Made by a program: the position numbers and the translations under genes | The notes under the pieces: generated by a model | Seen by the model: only the letters and a program-made list of their open reading frames with translations | What the model was told of the DNA's origin: nothing | Database searches by the model: none | From: Zootoca vivipara | Lineage: Eukaryota | DNA length: 64,000 bases | Assembly (NCBI RefSeq): GCF_963506605.1 | Contig: NC_083280.1 | Span: forward strand, 36,270,001-36,334,000 | Direction: 5' to 3' | Shown here: one piece after another, positions 14,101 to 27,264 of the stretch | Position numbering within the stretch: position 1 is the stretch's first letter | Layout of the letters: each line of letters starts with the position of its first letter

Positions 14101-15030
14101 ATTTTTACTCAGGGCAGAAAGAGGCATCATGACTGAGAGTAATGAATACTACCACCAATTAGAAGGAACTGGAAGAGGGTGACAGAATGTGAACCTTTGA
14201 AACCAGCTACACTATTGACCTAAGAGCAGCTTATACACAATTTGTTTAGTACGCCTTGTTTCAGGAGTACAAAGTCGGGGCAAAAAGCACAGCAGATCTT
14301 GGTAGAAAATGATTTTTGAAAGTGGTTTCAATGATATGCAGAAATGGAAGGGTTAGAAAAGTGAGTATGATGTTATTTACACATAAAAATATAGAAGTTG
14401 TTTAAGTTATGAAACTGCAACAGTAATGCTACTTGCAACCAAGGATATGAACATGACCTATTCTGCATGCCCTACAACTAATGTTCTTTGATTAACATTC
14501 AGTTTGGTTTAGTTCATATTAATGCTATATAAAATAGGAAAGGTGTTTTGTGGGCCCTCTTTAATAGGTGTAAGGTGTGTGATAAAAAAAGATTTTTATG
14601 ACAATTATTTAATGTTATCCTACTTTGTTCTTTAGCTACAGGTATGAACATACTTACTTGTAAGCAAATTCCACTGAAAACTCAATGATATAAGAAGTTA
14701 ATTGAAAACAAGAGAGATAATTTACCAATCAAGCAAACTACTGCCTACTTGTTCACAGCAGTTCTTCAGGATTTCAAGGAAAGATCCTTGCTGACCCGGC
14801 CAAACAGAGACCTTTCCCCCCAAATATGAAGTATTCAACTTATGACATTATATACTTAAAGCCTTCTCTACTTTGGACAAAACTCCAAATGTATCAAAAC
14901 AAGTGGCCGATGGAAGTATTTGACAATCCTGACAGAGAAAGAGCAACACAGTTTTCCAATGAATAGAAACAGGATTTTTCCATCAAATGGAACTACAAAT
15001 TGAGCCAGAGTATTTCCAATCCTATTGGGA

Positions 15031-15220
15031 AGGGCCACAGCACAGTGGCAGAGCATCTATCTTGCATGCAGAAGGTCACTGTTCAATCCTAGGCATCTCC
15101 AGATAGGCCTAGGAATTGTCCCCCATCTGAAACCCTGAAAAATTACTGCCAGTCAGTGTAGGCAACAGTGAGCTAGATGGACTAATGGGCCTAACTCAGT
15201 ATAAGGCACCTACTTATACC
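15031..15220 (+). mobile_element. tRNA-derived SINE (Squam3-like), old
   Basis: Same head and tail organisation as 8659-8852. Confidence 0.6.
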
Positions 15221-15543
15221 CCTCATTAGTTACAATGTACATATTGCGCAATTATGGACATCTGATTAACACATCTTAAGAAAAGGGACAGGGCGCCGAA
15301 GGGAATATAGAAGATGGCAGAGGAACACAAACGCAGAAGGGTACTTTTTCAAAAATGAATTCAATCTGCTTAATAGTTGCCTTCTGTGTCCAAGTTATAT
15401 AAATACAACTAACTCGTTGCCATCATGCTTAAGCGAATTCTTTAATCATCATATTGAAATATCAGGCTGCAAATGTACACATACTCACATGCAGCTGGGT
15501 CCAAGCTACCCCAGAGAAACTATGCCAAAGCTTAGCAACCTAC

Positions 15544-15656
15544 CGTTTCAAAACTTCCTTTATGCATCAGATCAATTGGAGGCCTGAAGAGATCTGCAAG
15601 GGTGGTGAGTTTCTTGTCTATTGCTCCTCCATTCCGCAACTCTTGTTCCTGCCGAA
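15544..15656 (-). CDS. UBXN7: UBXN7 coding exon 5
   Basis: tgcag/gtaggt; RQEQELRNGGAIDKKLTTLADLFRPPIDLMHKGSFET; 113 nt. Confidence 0.95.
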
Positions 15657-15893
15657 CTGCAGAGCCCAGAATAAAAAAAATGGGAGGTAAACAACATTTT
15701 TACTCCAACATGCTAAACTGCTTTTGGCAACTATAAACAAAACATTTGTTAAAAGTGCAGAAAGCTCGTTTTAAAATATAAAATCAGAAAGGGAGAAGAA
15801 AAGAACAAGGGGAAAGTACAGAAGTCACATTTTAACATACTAACAAAGAGTTGTGGGAAATTTGAAAGCTTGCATACCATTTTATGACACATT

Positions 15894-16246
15894 AAAGGTA
15901 AAGGTAAAGGGACCCCTGACCATTAGGTCCAGTCATGACCGACTCTGGGGTTGCGGCGCTCATCTCGCGTTATTGGCTGAGGGAGCCGGCGTACAGCTTC
16001 CAGGTCATGTGGCCAGCATGACAAAGCCGCTTCTGGGGAACCAGAGCAGCACACAGAAACGCTGTTTACCTTCCCACTGTATTTATCTTCCCACCTATTT
16101 ATCTACTTGCACTTTGCCGTGCTTTCGAACTGCTAGGTTGGCAGGAGCTGGGACCAAGCAATGGGAGCTCACACCGTCACGAGGATTCGAACTGCCGACC
16201 TTCTGATAGGCAAGCCCTAGGCTCTGTGGTCACCCACCGCTGTGGG
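15894..16246 (-). mobile_element. Sauria SINE
   Basis: Reverse complement of the 1979-2327 copy; TSD tgaca(c/t)att. Confidence 0.9.
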
Positions 16247-16864
16247 TGACATATTGGGTTGGCCCTTAAATGGACTTTTGAATTTTTCCTATGAGCCAAC
16301 ATGACTATATCATTACTCTTAGTCTGAAGTATCTATTTTATTATCCTAAAATATTCTTTTCTGCTAGGTACTCTCTCTTGATAGCCCACTATATATTTTT
16401 AAGCTTAAGTCTCACAGCACAATACTATACATTTGTTCTGAAAAGCATGCCTCACTGACCTCAATGAGACTTACTCCCATATAAGTGTCTATATAGAATC
16501 AGAGCTTAAGCATTACTGAAATGTAGTTCTTCGTCTACTGGTAAAAATGCTCTTTTTTGTTTTCCTCACTTTAGTGCTGATCATGGTTATATTTTAAAAG
16601 CTTAACTGAAAATTCTATATAAGGAGAAGTGTTAAGGGTGATTTCTTTCCAAAATAAATTTATATAATTGCCAACACACATGGACATGGGATTACATGCA
16701 CATCACCCCATTTCAACCGATCAAAATAAATATAATTTGCTACCAAGAAGTCCTCTTATGGACTTACTAAAAGGTAAGACTGATTGTAAGACTTGAGCTG
16801 ATATTGGGAAATGTGATGTTTTTGGTACCTGGGTCCCAAGCTACAGTACTTAGGGCTACTAGGA

Positions 16865-17078
16865 CAATGGACGCTCAGGTTGCGAATGTGATCCATGTGG
16901 GAGGTACGTTCGCAACCCGCAGCGCCGCATCTGCGCACACGTGGGTTGCAATTCGGCGCTTCTGGGCATGTGCGAGCACCAAAACCCGGAAGTAACCCAT
17001 TCCGGTACTTCTGGGTGTGGCGCAGTTTGTAACCTGAAAATGTATAACCTGAAGCGTCTGTAACCAGAGGTATGACTG
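16865..17078. mobile_element. Tc1/mariner (Tigger-like) MITE
   Basis: CA(A/G)TGG...GACTG termini, TA on the right; near-copy of 21664-21891. Confidence 0.75.
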
Positions 17079-17139
17079 TACTAACACCTTTAATTGGGCC
17101 CAGTAGCTCAGTGGTAGCTAGCACAGTGCTTTCAGGACT

Positions 17140-17420
17140 GGTGAACACATTGTGCCATCAGGCAGCCCACTGACCAATCTGCAGCCAAATTCTGTACTGA
17201 CTGCCATTTCTGGACCATCTTTAAGGGCAGCCCAACACAGAATGAATGGCAGTAGTCCAGACAGAAGATCACTGGAGCATAGAGTATCATGGCCATGTTA
17301 TCCCAGTCCAGGAGGAACAGCCAAAGCTGGTGAACAAGACTAAACAGGGCATAAGCAACCCTAGTCATAGAGGCCTCTTGAAACTCCAGTGACAGATTGG
17401 AATCCAGAAGTACTCCTAGG
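17140..17420 (-). mobile_element. L2-clade LINE ORF2 fragment
   Basis: Degenerate SLGVLLDSNLSL...LDYCHSFCVGLPLKMVQKWQSVQNLAA, typical of the L2 RT C-terminal region. Confidence 0.7.
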
Positions 17421-17892
17421 CTATGGACATGTGCGTAAAGCCAAAATTGTGTATAATCAAACCTCACTGGGTTCAATGGTGGGGGGGACTGCCAAAGTAG
17501 TTTCTTCTGGAACTGTGCCCCCTTTCTATTGTGTGTGTGTTTGTTTTGTCCCACACATAAAGCTGGATGTGCACAAGTTGCAGGCTTACTGTTTAAATTG
17601 AGAAGGGACAGTAAGCTCTAATACTTAGCCCACTTTGGCAACACTAAAGGTTATTTCCATTTTAAGATGAAATATTTTAATAGATAATCTGGGAGAAACA
17701 CAAATAGCAAAATCAGTCAGAATAATAAACTACAGAAGACTTGACAGAATCTGGCAATCCAAAGCGAACAGTTACATAGATGCAAATACATTTGTGACTA
17801 TGAAGCCTCGTTAAGACATTACCCTGTTAAACCTCATATTAAGCTTAAGTATGTTACTTACCTTGAATATAGCAGAAGTTGGGATGTAAACT

Positions 17893-17940
17893 AACCAACC
17901 AACCAACCAAACAAACAAACAACTAACCAACCAACCCACC
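17893..17940. repeat. (AACC)/(AAAC) microsatellite
   Basis: Read directly. Confidence 0.8.
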
Positions 17941-19846
17941 CTGAGTGTCACTTTCCTGACTTCACATGTTCATAGGCAATTTTATCTAGATACTCTAAAG
18001 AACTAAACCCACACACCAAGAGATCACTGACACCTTGTTTTAATTAACTTTTCCTTATTGAAAAGTAGGATAAAGCATTTTGAGGGATAAGGAAAAACAT
18101 TTTTGATGTTAAAATGAGGGCTGCACCTGTCACAGCTGATCCAAGAGTCATGAATATATAGGACAATTTTTTTAAAACAACAACAACAATTAATTGAAAA
18201 GTTTACTTCTAAGTAGACTAATGTAACAATACACCAAAGACCTGAATTAACAGAATCCTGATAGCTGTAGTGTTGAACTCTGAGCAATACTCAAAACTAA
18301 CTGAAGCTTAAATACCTGAACTAGTACACAAGACACCATCAAAAATGTTTAATTGGTACCACGTCTGCTGAATAAGGGTGAATGAGTTTTAACTGAGTGA
18401 GCTACCAAGATGTGTGTGCATGAAAAATGGTCTCACATACATTGATATGTATGAACTCCCCAACTGTGGTAACAAGAACAAGAAAGGGGATGGTGAACAT
18501 CTATCTGAAGAAGAGATGGAAGACAACTATGATGACTAATTTGAAAATGAACAAGACCATACATGCCCAGGACAAACTAAATAAGCATTTCACTTAACAA
18601 GTGTAATTGCGATGTTTCTTGTTAAGTTTCTATAGTTGACACTGCCTTGCACAAAAAGCAACGGGCCAGACTCAACTCTGTGGCATGTCATAGGGAACAT
18701 TCATTTCCCTGGTGGTGTGGATGTGTCATTTGGGGTGGTCTAATGCCATTTGGGGTAGCCTAATAACTATGGATCGAGGTCATTGCTCATTAATGTGCTT
18801 TGCACAAAAACAACTTTTTACCTCAGAGAATGATGATGCGTCACAAAGGGGAGTTTCTCAGTGACAGAGATGTGATGTAAACTATATTGGCTATTTATTC
18901 AGTATTTTGTTGAATAAGGAACTGGGAAACAACTTCAGTATAATAAAAAAGACAGTAATAACTGCAATGTCAACAACACCTGTTTTCCAACTACTAAGGT
19001 ATAAATCTTCCAAAATATGACATTAAACTTTATTCAGCACACTTGGCACCAATTTCAGTCCTGCCTCCAAAGAAGGCCAAAGTTATTTTATTTCCTCCAA
19101 AAGTTTGGAATTAAACTTTTGGCCAGCAATTTTCCCTTTCTTTTATTTATGCAAACACACCACAACTATTAACACAAGCTTTGATATGACAAAATATTTT
19201 TAAAGCAAGCATTGTTTTATTTATTTCTAGTAGAAAAATATACGAGGGCTGGGTCTTATTTCACTTCGTATAGGGCTTTTGCATAAGCAACATGAAGCAG
19301 CAAGAGCCCACCCAAAAAAGATACAGAGGCTTGCATGGCAATTCTTAGGAGAGTTTAGGGGACAGGCAATTTTGGGAGTGGGGACATTGTTGCCACTGGC
19401 AAAATGAAATGTAGAGTCTGGATTTAATAAATCATGCTGAAAAAGAAAGTCCACTGCTGCCATTAACTTGGTCTCAAATCTCAATCTAACTACACCATAT
19501 CTAACAACTGCATCCAAAGAGTGAACAACTTGGCTGGGTTCCATAGACTGCACTTGACCTTCCTGCCCTGATGCAGGGGGCTCTTTTTACCTAAAAATTA
19601 CAAACCTCATGTTTGCAATGCATATTTGGCTATGCTATACATATATGGCTACATGAAAAGTCCTTAGTGGGATTTTAGGTGGTTGTTTTTGTGCCTACAT
19701 AATGCAAGCCTTCTCCAGTCCCATATCAGTATGCAGCTCCTGGGTAGGGTACACAATGTGGCCCATAGGGATCCACATCATTAACCTCTATAAAGCCAGT
19801 AAACAAAGAAAATGGCATGTGAAGACAATGATTCACAGATACCTAC

Positions 19847-19912
19847 TTGTTTCTGTCTGGAAATCCCGAAAACCATCAAATATTGAACGAGCAGGTCTGC
19901 GTCTTTTTGGAG
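19847..19912 (-). CDS. UBXN7: UBXN7 coding exon 4
   Basis: ataag/gtaggt; PKRRRPARSIFDGFRDFQTET; 66 nt. Confidence 0.95.
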
Positions 19913-21663
19913 CTTATCAAGAACAGAATTTAAAACTCATATTAGTCATAAGAAACCTCTCAATGGAACTGATTTGTGATAGAAAAGGCTGAAGCTTCAA
20001 GACAGATTGGAACTCATGGTGACCAGGTCATTTGAGAATACCAATAATGCATTATGTTAATTTGTTACACACATGTGCCCATCAGGACATGATGTTCATT
20101 TTCCTGGTTATCAGGGTACTTGTAGATGTTAAATTATGTTAAATTAAAAATTATTTAAATAGGCTGCTTTTCTGCCTGAAGGCCTTTGAAACACATAAAA
20201 TCAACTAAAATACAAAAATATGCAACGAAGTATCATAGAAATAATAACACATTGAACAGTGAGATAGATCAGCAAAATGCAACATAGCAATAGAAACCAG
20301 CAGCAAAGACCCAGGCAGTAAAAAAAACCTCATCCAAGGCCAGTGGTACAGCAAAATAAAAAGTATCCCTAGCTTGGTTCCAATATGAAGCTCTAGGACA
20401 GGGATGGGGAGCCCTTTTCTATCCAAGAGTCGCATTCTTACGTTGGCAACCTTTCAGGGGCTGCATACCAGTATTGGAGGCAGAGGCAAACTGAATGGCG
20501 CAACAGATAGGAGTTTTAATATGTACAGTAGACTGTATATCAGCCATGCAAAAGTCAGAGGTTTCTACAAATATTCCTCTTCATCCAAACAAGGAAGAGA
20601 CAATATCTACTTCAAAGACATATTAAAGCCAGGCAAAAGCACTCAAGGTTGATAAGGAGCAGGTCCAGTGAAGACTATGGTTTATGGAAGGGTTGTAGCC
20701 TAGGGAGAATTCCAAGGGTCAGATAGAGAGCCATGGAGAGTAGCTCTCAGCCTCTGGGCCTGAGTGTCCTCTTCCCCTGCTGTAGGAAGATTGTGGAACA
20801 CTATCTGGGTGATAGCACTCTGGGTGCTACCCATGTAACCCCCAACTGCACTTCTGATAATGGCAAGATGCAGCATATGCTGCTTGACCTGATCTCACTA
20901 TACTTAATGGAGGAATAAAACCCAGAAAAAGGTAAAAGCATGATTTTGTCGTATTTCTTTAAGCACATGCTAATCGATAAGGCAATTTCTCAAAGTGGAA
21001 TGATTTAGGAATTAGGCTATGCTTGAAACATGACACCTTTTGTAGTAGATTATAATGCATAGCATAGCTGGTAAGCAAATGAAAGCATTTGCCAGTGCCA
21101 CACTCTTTTTGCACCCATAAATTGTGTCAAAAATGGCAGACAACACCTTTAGTTCTAATACCAATTCAATCTGCAAAGCAATGTCTTCCCATTTTTGGGG
21201 GGGGGGGGGCGGCGGCCTGTGGACACATTTCCAAACTGGAGTAATGGCACCAAACCCACATACACACCACATCATGGACTTGTAACACTGCCTATAATAT
21301 GCCTTTTAAAAATCTATTTCCAGTGGAGGAAATGCTGTAAATGCATGGGAAGGTTTCTGCTGGAACATGTGCCTGTGGTGCACCATGTGGGTGACCTTTG
21401 ACCTATGTTCTTTCATAATTTTTTTTTAAATAAATTAATTTATTTTTAACAATATTGGCTATCCCATTCAAGTGAACATTAACCAGACTGTAAGCCTGCA
21501 AGTGAACATCTATGGTCTAACTGTTGTACTTCATTTTGCTACTTTAGATGCTTTATAGCAAAGACACCTTAAATACACACTTATTATGACTTAGGCTTTT
21601 GCGTAGTAGAACCCATTTGTTGTTATCTGCAGCAGGCTAACATGGCAACTGTTCTAACATGTA

Positions 21664-21891
21664 CAGTGGACGCTCAGGTTGCAAACGTGATCTGTGTGGG
21701 AGGCATGTTTGCAACCTGCAATACCGTGTCTGCGCATGCGTGGGTTGCAATTCGGCGATTCTGTACATGCGCAAAGCGCGATTTAGTGCTTCTGTGCATG
21801 TGCTGTAACCCGTTTCGGTACTTCCAGGTTCGGCGCGGTGCGCAACCTGAAAACACGCAACCTGAAGTGTCTGTAACCCGAGGTATGACTG
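21664..21891. mobile_element. Tc1/mariner (Tigger-like) MITE
   Basis: TA|CAGTGGACGCTCAGGTTGCAAAC ... GTAACCCGAGGTATGACTG|TA. Confidence 0.8.
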
Positions 21892-22834
21892 TATTCAATA
21901 CATTACTGCAGCAAATTTATTTATGGCACTTCACCTGTAAAACGGAGGTGCATCTTATGTAATATCTTATGTGATGAATCTTATGTCAAATGCTAGTTAC
22001 CGCTCCCAAGTCATTATCTGCTGATTTCCTACAGTTGAGTAAGCAGCTTCATGTAACTTCAAGGGCTTCTCACCAGATCTTATGTTGACTTATTACTGCA
22101 ACGATACTTTTCAGTGTGTAACTTATAATTATCACATGGCTTCCAGTCATCAAACCCAACTGGCCTCTAGAAAATGCATTTCTCATTATATCCCAAAGTA
22201 GCAGCCTTTCCTTAAAGAGGCAGGCAGCATTTACTGTTAACTATTCCACTAGATTTTAAGAATACAGCTAATTGGTTTCCCATTAACTTGTTAATAGAAT
22301 GGAATCTATCAGTACATAATTTTGGAAACTATATTAAGCGGAAGCTGAAATATCATGGAAATCTTGGATTTTGGTTTCTAAAAACTCTCAACTGCAAAAT
22401 ACTCAACAGTACACATTCCATAGCTGCAATTTCTTATGAACACAGGTTAACACCGTAAATTACTATTTATTTGCAGCCCTTCAGACAGAGTATTTTATTA
22501 TAGATATTTTACTATAATATTTTATTGCAAAAAAATTACTAGAAATTGACTCAGCAGCTAGCATTGACATTTTGGCACCATTCCCTATCTAGAAAACGAG
22601 AATAGCAGCAGCAATGGGTTTTTGAAATATCATTCCTAGGAGTACCGATTATGTATGCTTAGTTGACAGTATTGGGAATATGACTTTTGTATAAATACTT
22701 CAGTATTGCAAGAGCACATGCTATAACTATAGAGCAATGGATACAAGCAACCTAGACAGAAGGCAGTTTGGCAGAGTTCTTCCTTCCTTACTACAACATT
22801 TGGAAGGGTAAACATTAAAATGAAGCTCACTTAC

Positions 22835-22902
22835 CACCAAATAAAGGCTCAGGTTCTACCAGAATTTCCTGTTTTTGAGGAATAGGTGCTCTTACTTCAT
22901 CT
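22835..22902 (-). CDS. UBXN7: UBXN7 coding exon 3
   Basis: tatag/gtaagt; DEVRAPIPQKQEILVEPEPLFG; 68 nt. Confidence 0.95.
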
Positions 22903-23168
22903 CTATAAGGATTAGAAACATAGGTTTTTGAATATGACAGCAAGAGCTATACTACATGCCCCAAATAGGACTATATTCATTTAGTTAAACCAATACTTGG
23001 GGTCTACAATGCAGTAGAGGCAGAACAGCATAGGTGCTAACTATGTTGTACAAGGTTTGAAAGTGTACTATTGGAATGGAGATATTCCTGGTAGGTATCA
23101 AAATAAAGATGTTCTTTAGTATATATAAAAAGGGATTGACAGTTAACACATTTTTGTGAGAGCCACCT

Positions 23169-23358
23169 CTTCCAGTAGCACCTTAGAGACCAACTAAGTT
23201 TGCCATTGGTATGAGCTTTCATGTGCATGCACACTTCTTCAGATGAGCACACGAAAGCTCATACCAATGACAAACTTAGTTGGTCTCTAAGGTGCTACTG
23301 GAAGGGGGGAAAAATTATTTTGTTTCGACTACACCAGACCAACACGGCTACCTACCTG
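23169..23358. mobile_element. Penelope-like element remnant (inverted pLTR fragments)
   Basis: 58-bp inverted arms at 23169-23226 and 23247-23304, followed by a cagaccaacacggctacc end; contains a CTGAAGA...GAAAGCTC motif. Confidence 0.7.
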
Positions 23359-24225
23359 TTTAACCTATAGATATGGGAATCTTTAGCTCCGATATCTAAG
23401 GAGCTGCTAACATGTCTTGTTAAATGGGTAGGACAGGTCGAGATGCTCAGAGTTGTACAAAAAAGGAGTGGGGGAGGAGGGTAGTAGTATGAGGAATATA
23501 AGAAAGGTGCACATATAATCACATATATAGGGAAAGCGTAGATGCATGTACAGGTGTTCTTGACATAGGCGGAGGGTCCGGGGTCCCACCTGCATAAGCA
23601 AAATATGCCTAAGTGGGCAGCACCCTCTAAAAAGCCTCTAAACACCATTTCCCCCTGCTCTCCTGCTCTCTTCCCTGCTCTCTCTCCACACAACTCCCTT
23701 TAACTAGAGATGAAGCTCTGGGGCTGGCTGGAGGACATGTAGGGTAGCAGCTGCTGGGCTACCACATGTGTCAGCTGTTAAGTGCGGAAGATGAGCAATC
23801 TAAGCAAAGCCCCACTATGCCTCCAGTCTCTTTGGGACTTCCTCCACCCTCACTGAAGTCTTCTTTGGGTTCTGGGGAGGGTCTCCTTGCAAGCCATGAG
23901 GACTCTCCAGCATTCTCCCACCATTTCCTGCTTTGAATCTATTTATGCCACGCATACATGCGTTCATGTGTTAGTCAATCACGCACAAGTTGGGGGACAC
24001 CTGTAATTGCAAAGGTCTTGTTGGACCCAGTCCCTATTTCTTAACCCACTATTTTGTTTGGGAATATGAATAACACATGAATTTTTTTTCTAATTTGTGT
24101 TATTTGCCTCTGTCCAAATACAAGATTTATTTTAAAAATAAAACCAACTTTTCACTTCTTGCCATATAATGCCAAAATTGCACTTCAATTTATTTATTTA
24201 GTACTGCATCTAACATTAGAGTAAA

Positions 24226-24546
24226 AGGTAAAGGTAAAGATAAAGGGACCCCTGACCGTTATTGTCCAGTTGCGGACGACTCTGGGGTTGTGGTGCTCAT
24301 CTCGGTTTACTGGCCGAGGGAGCCGGCGTTTGTCCACAGACAGCTTCCAGGTCATGTGGCCAGCATGACTAAGCTGCTGGCGAACCAGAGCAGTGCACAT
24401 AAACTCTGTTTACCTTCCCGCTGTAGCAGTACCTATTTATCTACTTGCACTTTGACAAGCTTTCAAACTGCTAGGTTGGCAGGAGCAGGGACCAAGCAAC
24501 GGGAGCTCACCCCATCACAGGATTTGAACCCTAGGCTCTGCGTCCC
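24226..24546 (-). mobile_element. Sauria SINE with internal deletions in the head
   Basis: Same family; 15-bp TSD taa(c/a)attagagtaaa at 24211-24225 and 24547-24561. Confidence 0.9.
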
Positions 24547-25157
24547 TAAAATTAGAGTAAACTTATGAAAATAATAGATGTGACTAAGTTAGGTCCATTA
24601 ATTCCAATGAGTCTACTCTTAGTTGGATACAACATTCATTCATTCATTCATTTCCTGCCCTTCCTCCTAAGGTCCTAGGGCAGGTTACAGAATTAAAACA
24701 AAGAATTTAAAACAATGTAAAACATCTTGCAATCATAAAAATAAGCTGGGTCCTAAAAACATGAACCTCAAGTGTTACATAAAAATAAATGTATTACAAG
24801 TCCCCCTATATTTAGGCAACGAGCAATGTGTTCAACTGAAACAACTTTAAAAGGTAAGTATAATAAACAGATGTAGCCTCTCTACAAGTGGGTGGGTGGG
24901 TGGGTGGGAGAACTGATTAAAGTTAGTGCTAAATTTAGCACTATATGAACTGTGTCCTGCCTGCACATTTCCCTTCCCACTTCTGACATGTGCAAATTGC
25001 AACCTGAACTAAACTGTTAGGTTTCTAGAACAAAAGTAAGATGCAAGGAATTTAGTAACTGAAACTAAGAACATCTACAGAAAAACATGTTGATACCTGC
25101 AATTTCCATATTTTAAAGCAAATTATCCATCCTATGGATATTCACAAAGTTACATAC

Positions 25158-25305
25158 TCTGTATGTGGTCGAAGGTTTGATACACTTGCAGAACTAGTGC
25201 TGGGCTCCTCTGCTATCCCTCCACCATCAAGGAACATAGTGACAGCCATTTCCAGATTATTGTTGCATGCTTCAAGCATATGCTTGCCTGCACTTTCAGT
25301 GGCAC
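25158..25305 (-). CDS. UBXN7: UBXN7 coding exon 2 (UBA-like)
   Basis: cacag acceptor, gtatgt donor; ATESAGKHMLEACNNNLEMAVTMFLDGGGIAEEPSTSS; 148 nt. Confidence 0.95.
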
Positions 25306-26281
25306 CTGTGATTCAAGGAAAAACAACATTAGTGCTCAGATCTTAAAAAGAAATTGGACAATATATGAGATCAGAAAAGTAAGCTTTTTGGTTTCTTAAA
25401 TAAAATGACATTTCATAATACATTAGCTTTGCATGTTATGTTCTTTGAAATACCCAACTGAAACAGCAGCCTACACAAATGAATGAAACAGAAATAGATT
25501 ATCTTTCCCTCTTTTTGTATCTTGGTTAGGCAAATTATTATTAATACTTATTAAAATTATTTATCACCCTTCCTCCAAAAATCACAGGGTAGTTTACAAC
25601 AAAAAACAGCATATGCTGTTCACAAATTCATATGGGCAGCCAATTTTCAGTAAGACAGTTCACAGGGCATTACGATTTACAGTGTCGAAGGCCTTAGTCA
25701 GGTCAATAAACATCATATGCAGGGGCTGGTTTTGCCCTCTGCATTTTTCTTGAAGCTTTAGAGTAGTGAAAATCATGTCCACTGAAGGTCAAAAACCATT
25801 TTGGGATTCAGGAAGGGTAGCCTAGGATATAGTTAGGAGATGGTTTGCTAAGATTCTTGCAAGAATTTTGCTGGCCGCAACTAATGAAGACATGTCTCAA
25901 TAGTTTCCGCAATCCGTTTTATCACCTTTTTTTAAAAAAGGTTGATAATTTTGGCATCCCTAAAGTCTGCTGGGATCTCCTCTCTCCCCCAGATTTTTTC
26001 AATGAGCTTGTGAAGTTGTTGTGTAAGTTCAACTCCACCCACTTTGAAGACTTCAGCAGGTATCCCATCAGGTCCGCTGGCTTTGTTGTTTTTCATTTGG
26101 TTAATAGCTGTACACAACTCTCCCAGATTGGAGATACTGCATGCTCATCTCTAATTTGTTTTTGCAGAATTTGTGAGAGGGCCTCAGCAGCTATGGGGGA
26201 GTTGCGGTTAAGGAGATGCTGGTAATGTTATTTCCAGTGCAATGCAATAGCTTCTTTATCTTGGTGTGGTACCATCTGTTG

Positions 26282-27264
26282 TTGTCTTTGTCCATGGAGT
26301 TTTCTTGGCAGGGATACGGGAGTGGCTTGCCAGTTCCTGCTCCAGGTTCAAAATTGGGAAAGGAGTACGACAAGGCTGTATATTGTCTCCCTGCTTATTT
26401 AACTTATATGCAGAATTCATCATGCGAAAGGTTGGACTGGATGAATCCCAAACCGGAATTAAGATTGCTGGAAGAAATATCAACAAACTCAGAGATCCTG
26501 ATGACACAACCTTGATGGCAGAAAGTGAGGGGGAATTAAAGAACCTTTTAAAGAGGGTAAAAGAGGAGAGCACAAAATATGGTCTGAAGCTCAACATCAA
26601 AAAAACTAATATCATGGCCACTGGTCCCATCACCTCCTGGCAAATAGAAGGGGGGGAAATGGAGGCAGTGAGAGATTTTACTTTCTTGGGTTCCATGATC
26701 ACTGTAGATGGCGACAGCAGTCATGAAATTAAAAGACGCCTGCTTCCTGGGAGAAAAGCAATGACAAACCTAGACAGCATCTTAAAAAGCAGAGACATCA
26801 CCTTGCCGACAAAGGTCTGTATAGTTAAAGCTATGGTTTTCCCAGTAGTGATGTATGGAAGTGATAGTTGGACCATAAAGAATGCTGATGGCTGAAGAAT
26901 TGATGCTTTTGAATTCTGGTGCTGGAGGAGACTCTTGAGAGTCCCATGGACTGCAAGAAACCTATCCATTCTTAGGGAAATCAGCCCTGAGTGCTCACTG
27001 GAAGGACAGATCCTGAAGCTGAGGCTCTAATACTTGGCTACCTCATGAGAAGAGAGGACTCCCTGGAAAATACCCTGATGTTGGGAAAGATTGAGGGCAC
27101 AAGGAGAAGGGGACGACAGAGGATGAGATGGTTGGACAGTGTTGTCGAAGCTACCAACATGAGTCTGACCAAACTGCAGGAGGCAGTGGAAGACAGGAGT
27201 GCCTGGCGTGCTATGGTCCATGGGGTCACGAAGAGTCGGACACTACTAAACCACTAAACAACAA
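26282..27264 (+). mobile_element. Bov-B (RTE) LINE, 5'-truncated, with a 64-bp inverted 5' segment
   Basis: RT FKIGKGVRQGCILSPCLFNLYAE...DDTTLMAESE; Bov-B 3' end ggggtcacgaagagtcggacac...aacaacaa; 11-bp TSD accatctgttg at 26271-26281 and 27265-27275. Confidence 0.92.

Noticed and set aside
26266-26895. 209-aa reverse-transcriptase ORF as a functional gene
   Set aside because: A 5'-truncated Bov-B fragment with a damaged catalytic motif (DPDD for YADD), followed by a stop and frameshifts.
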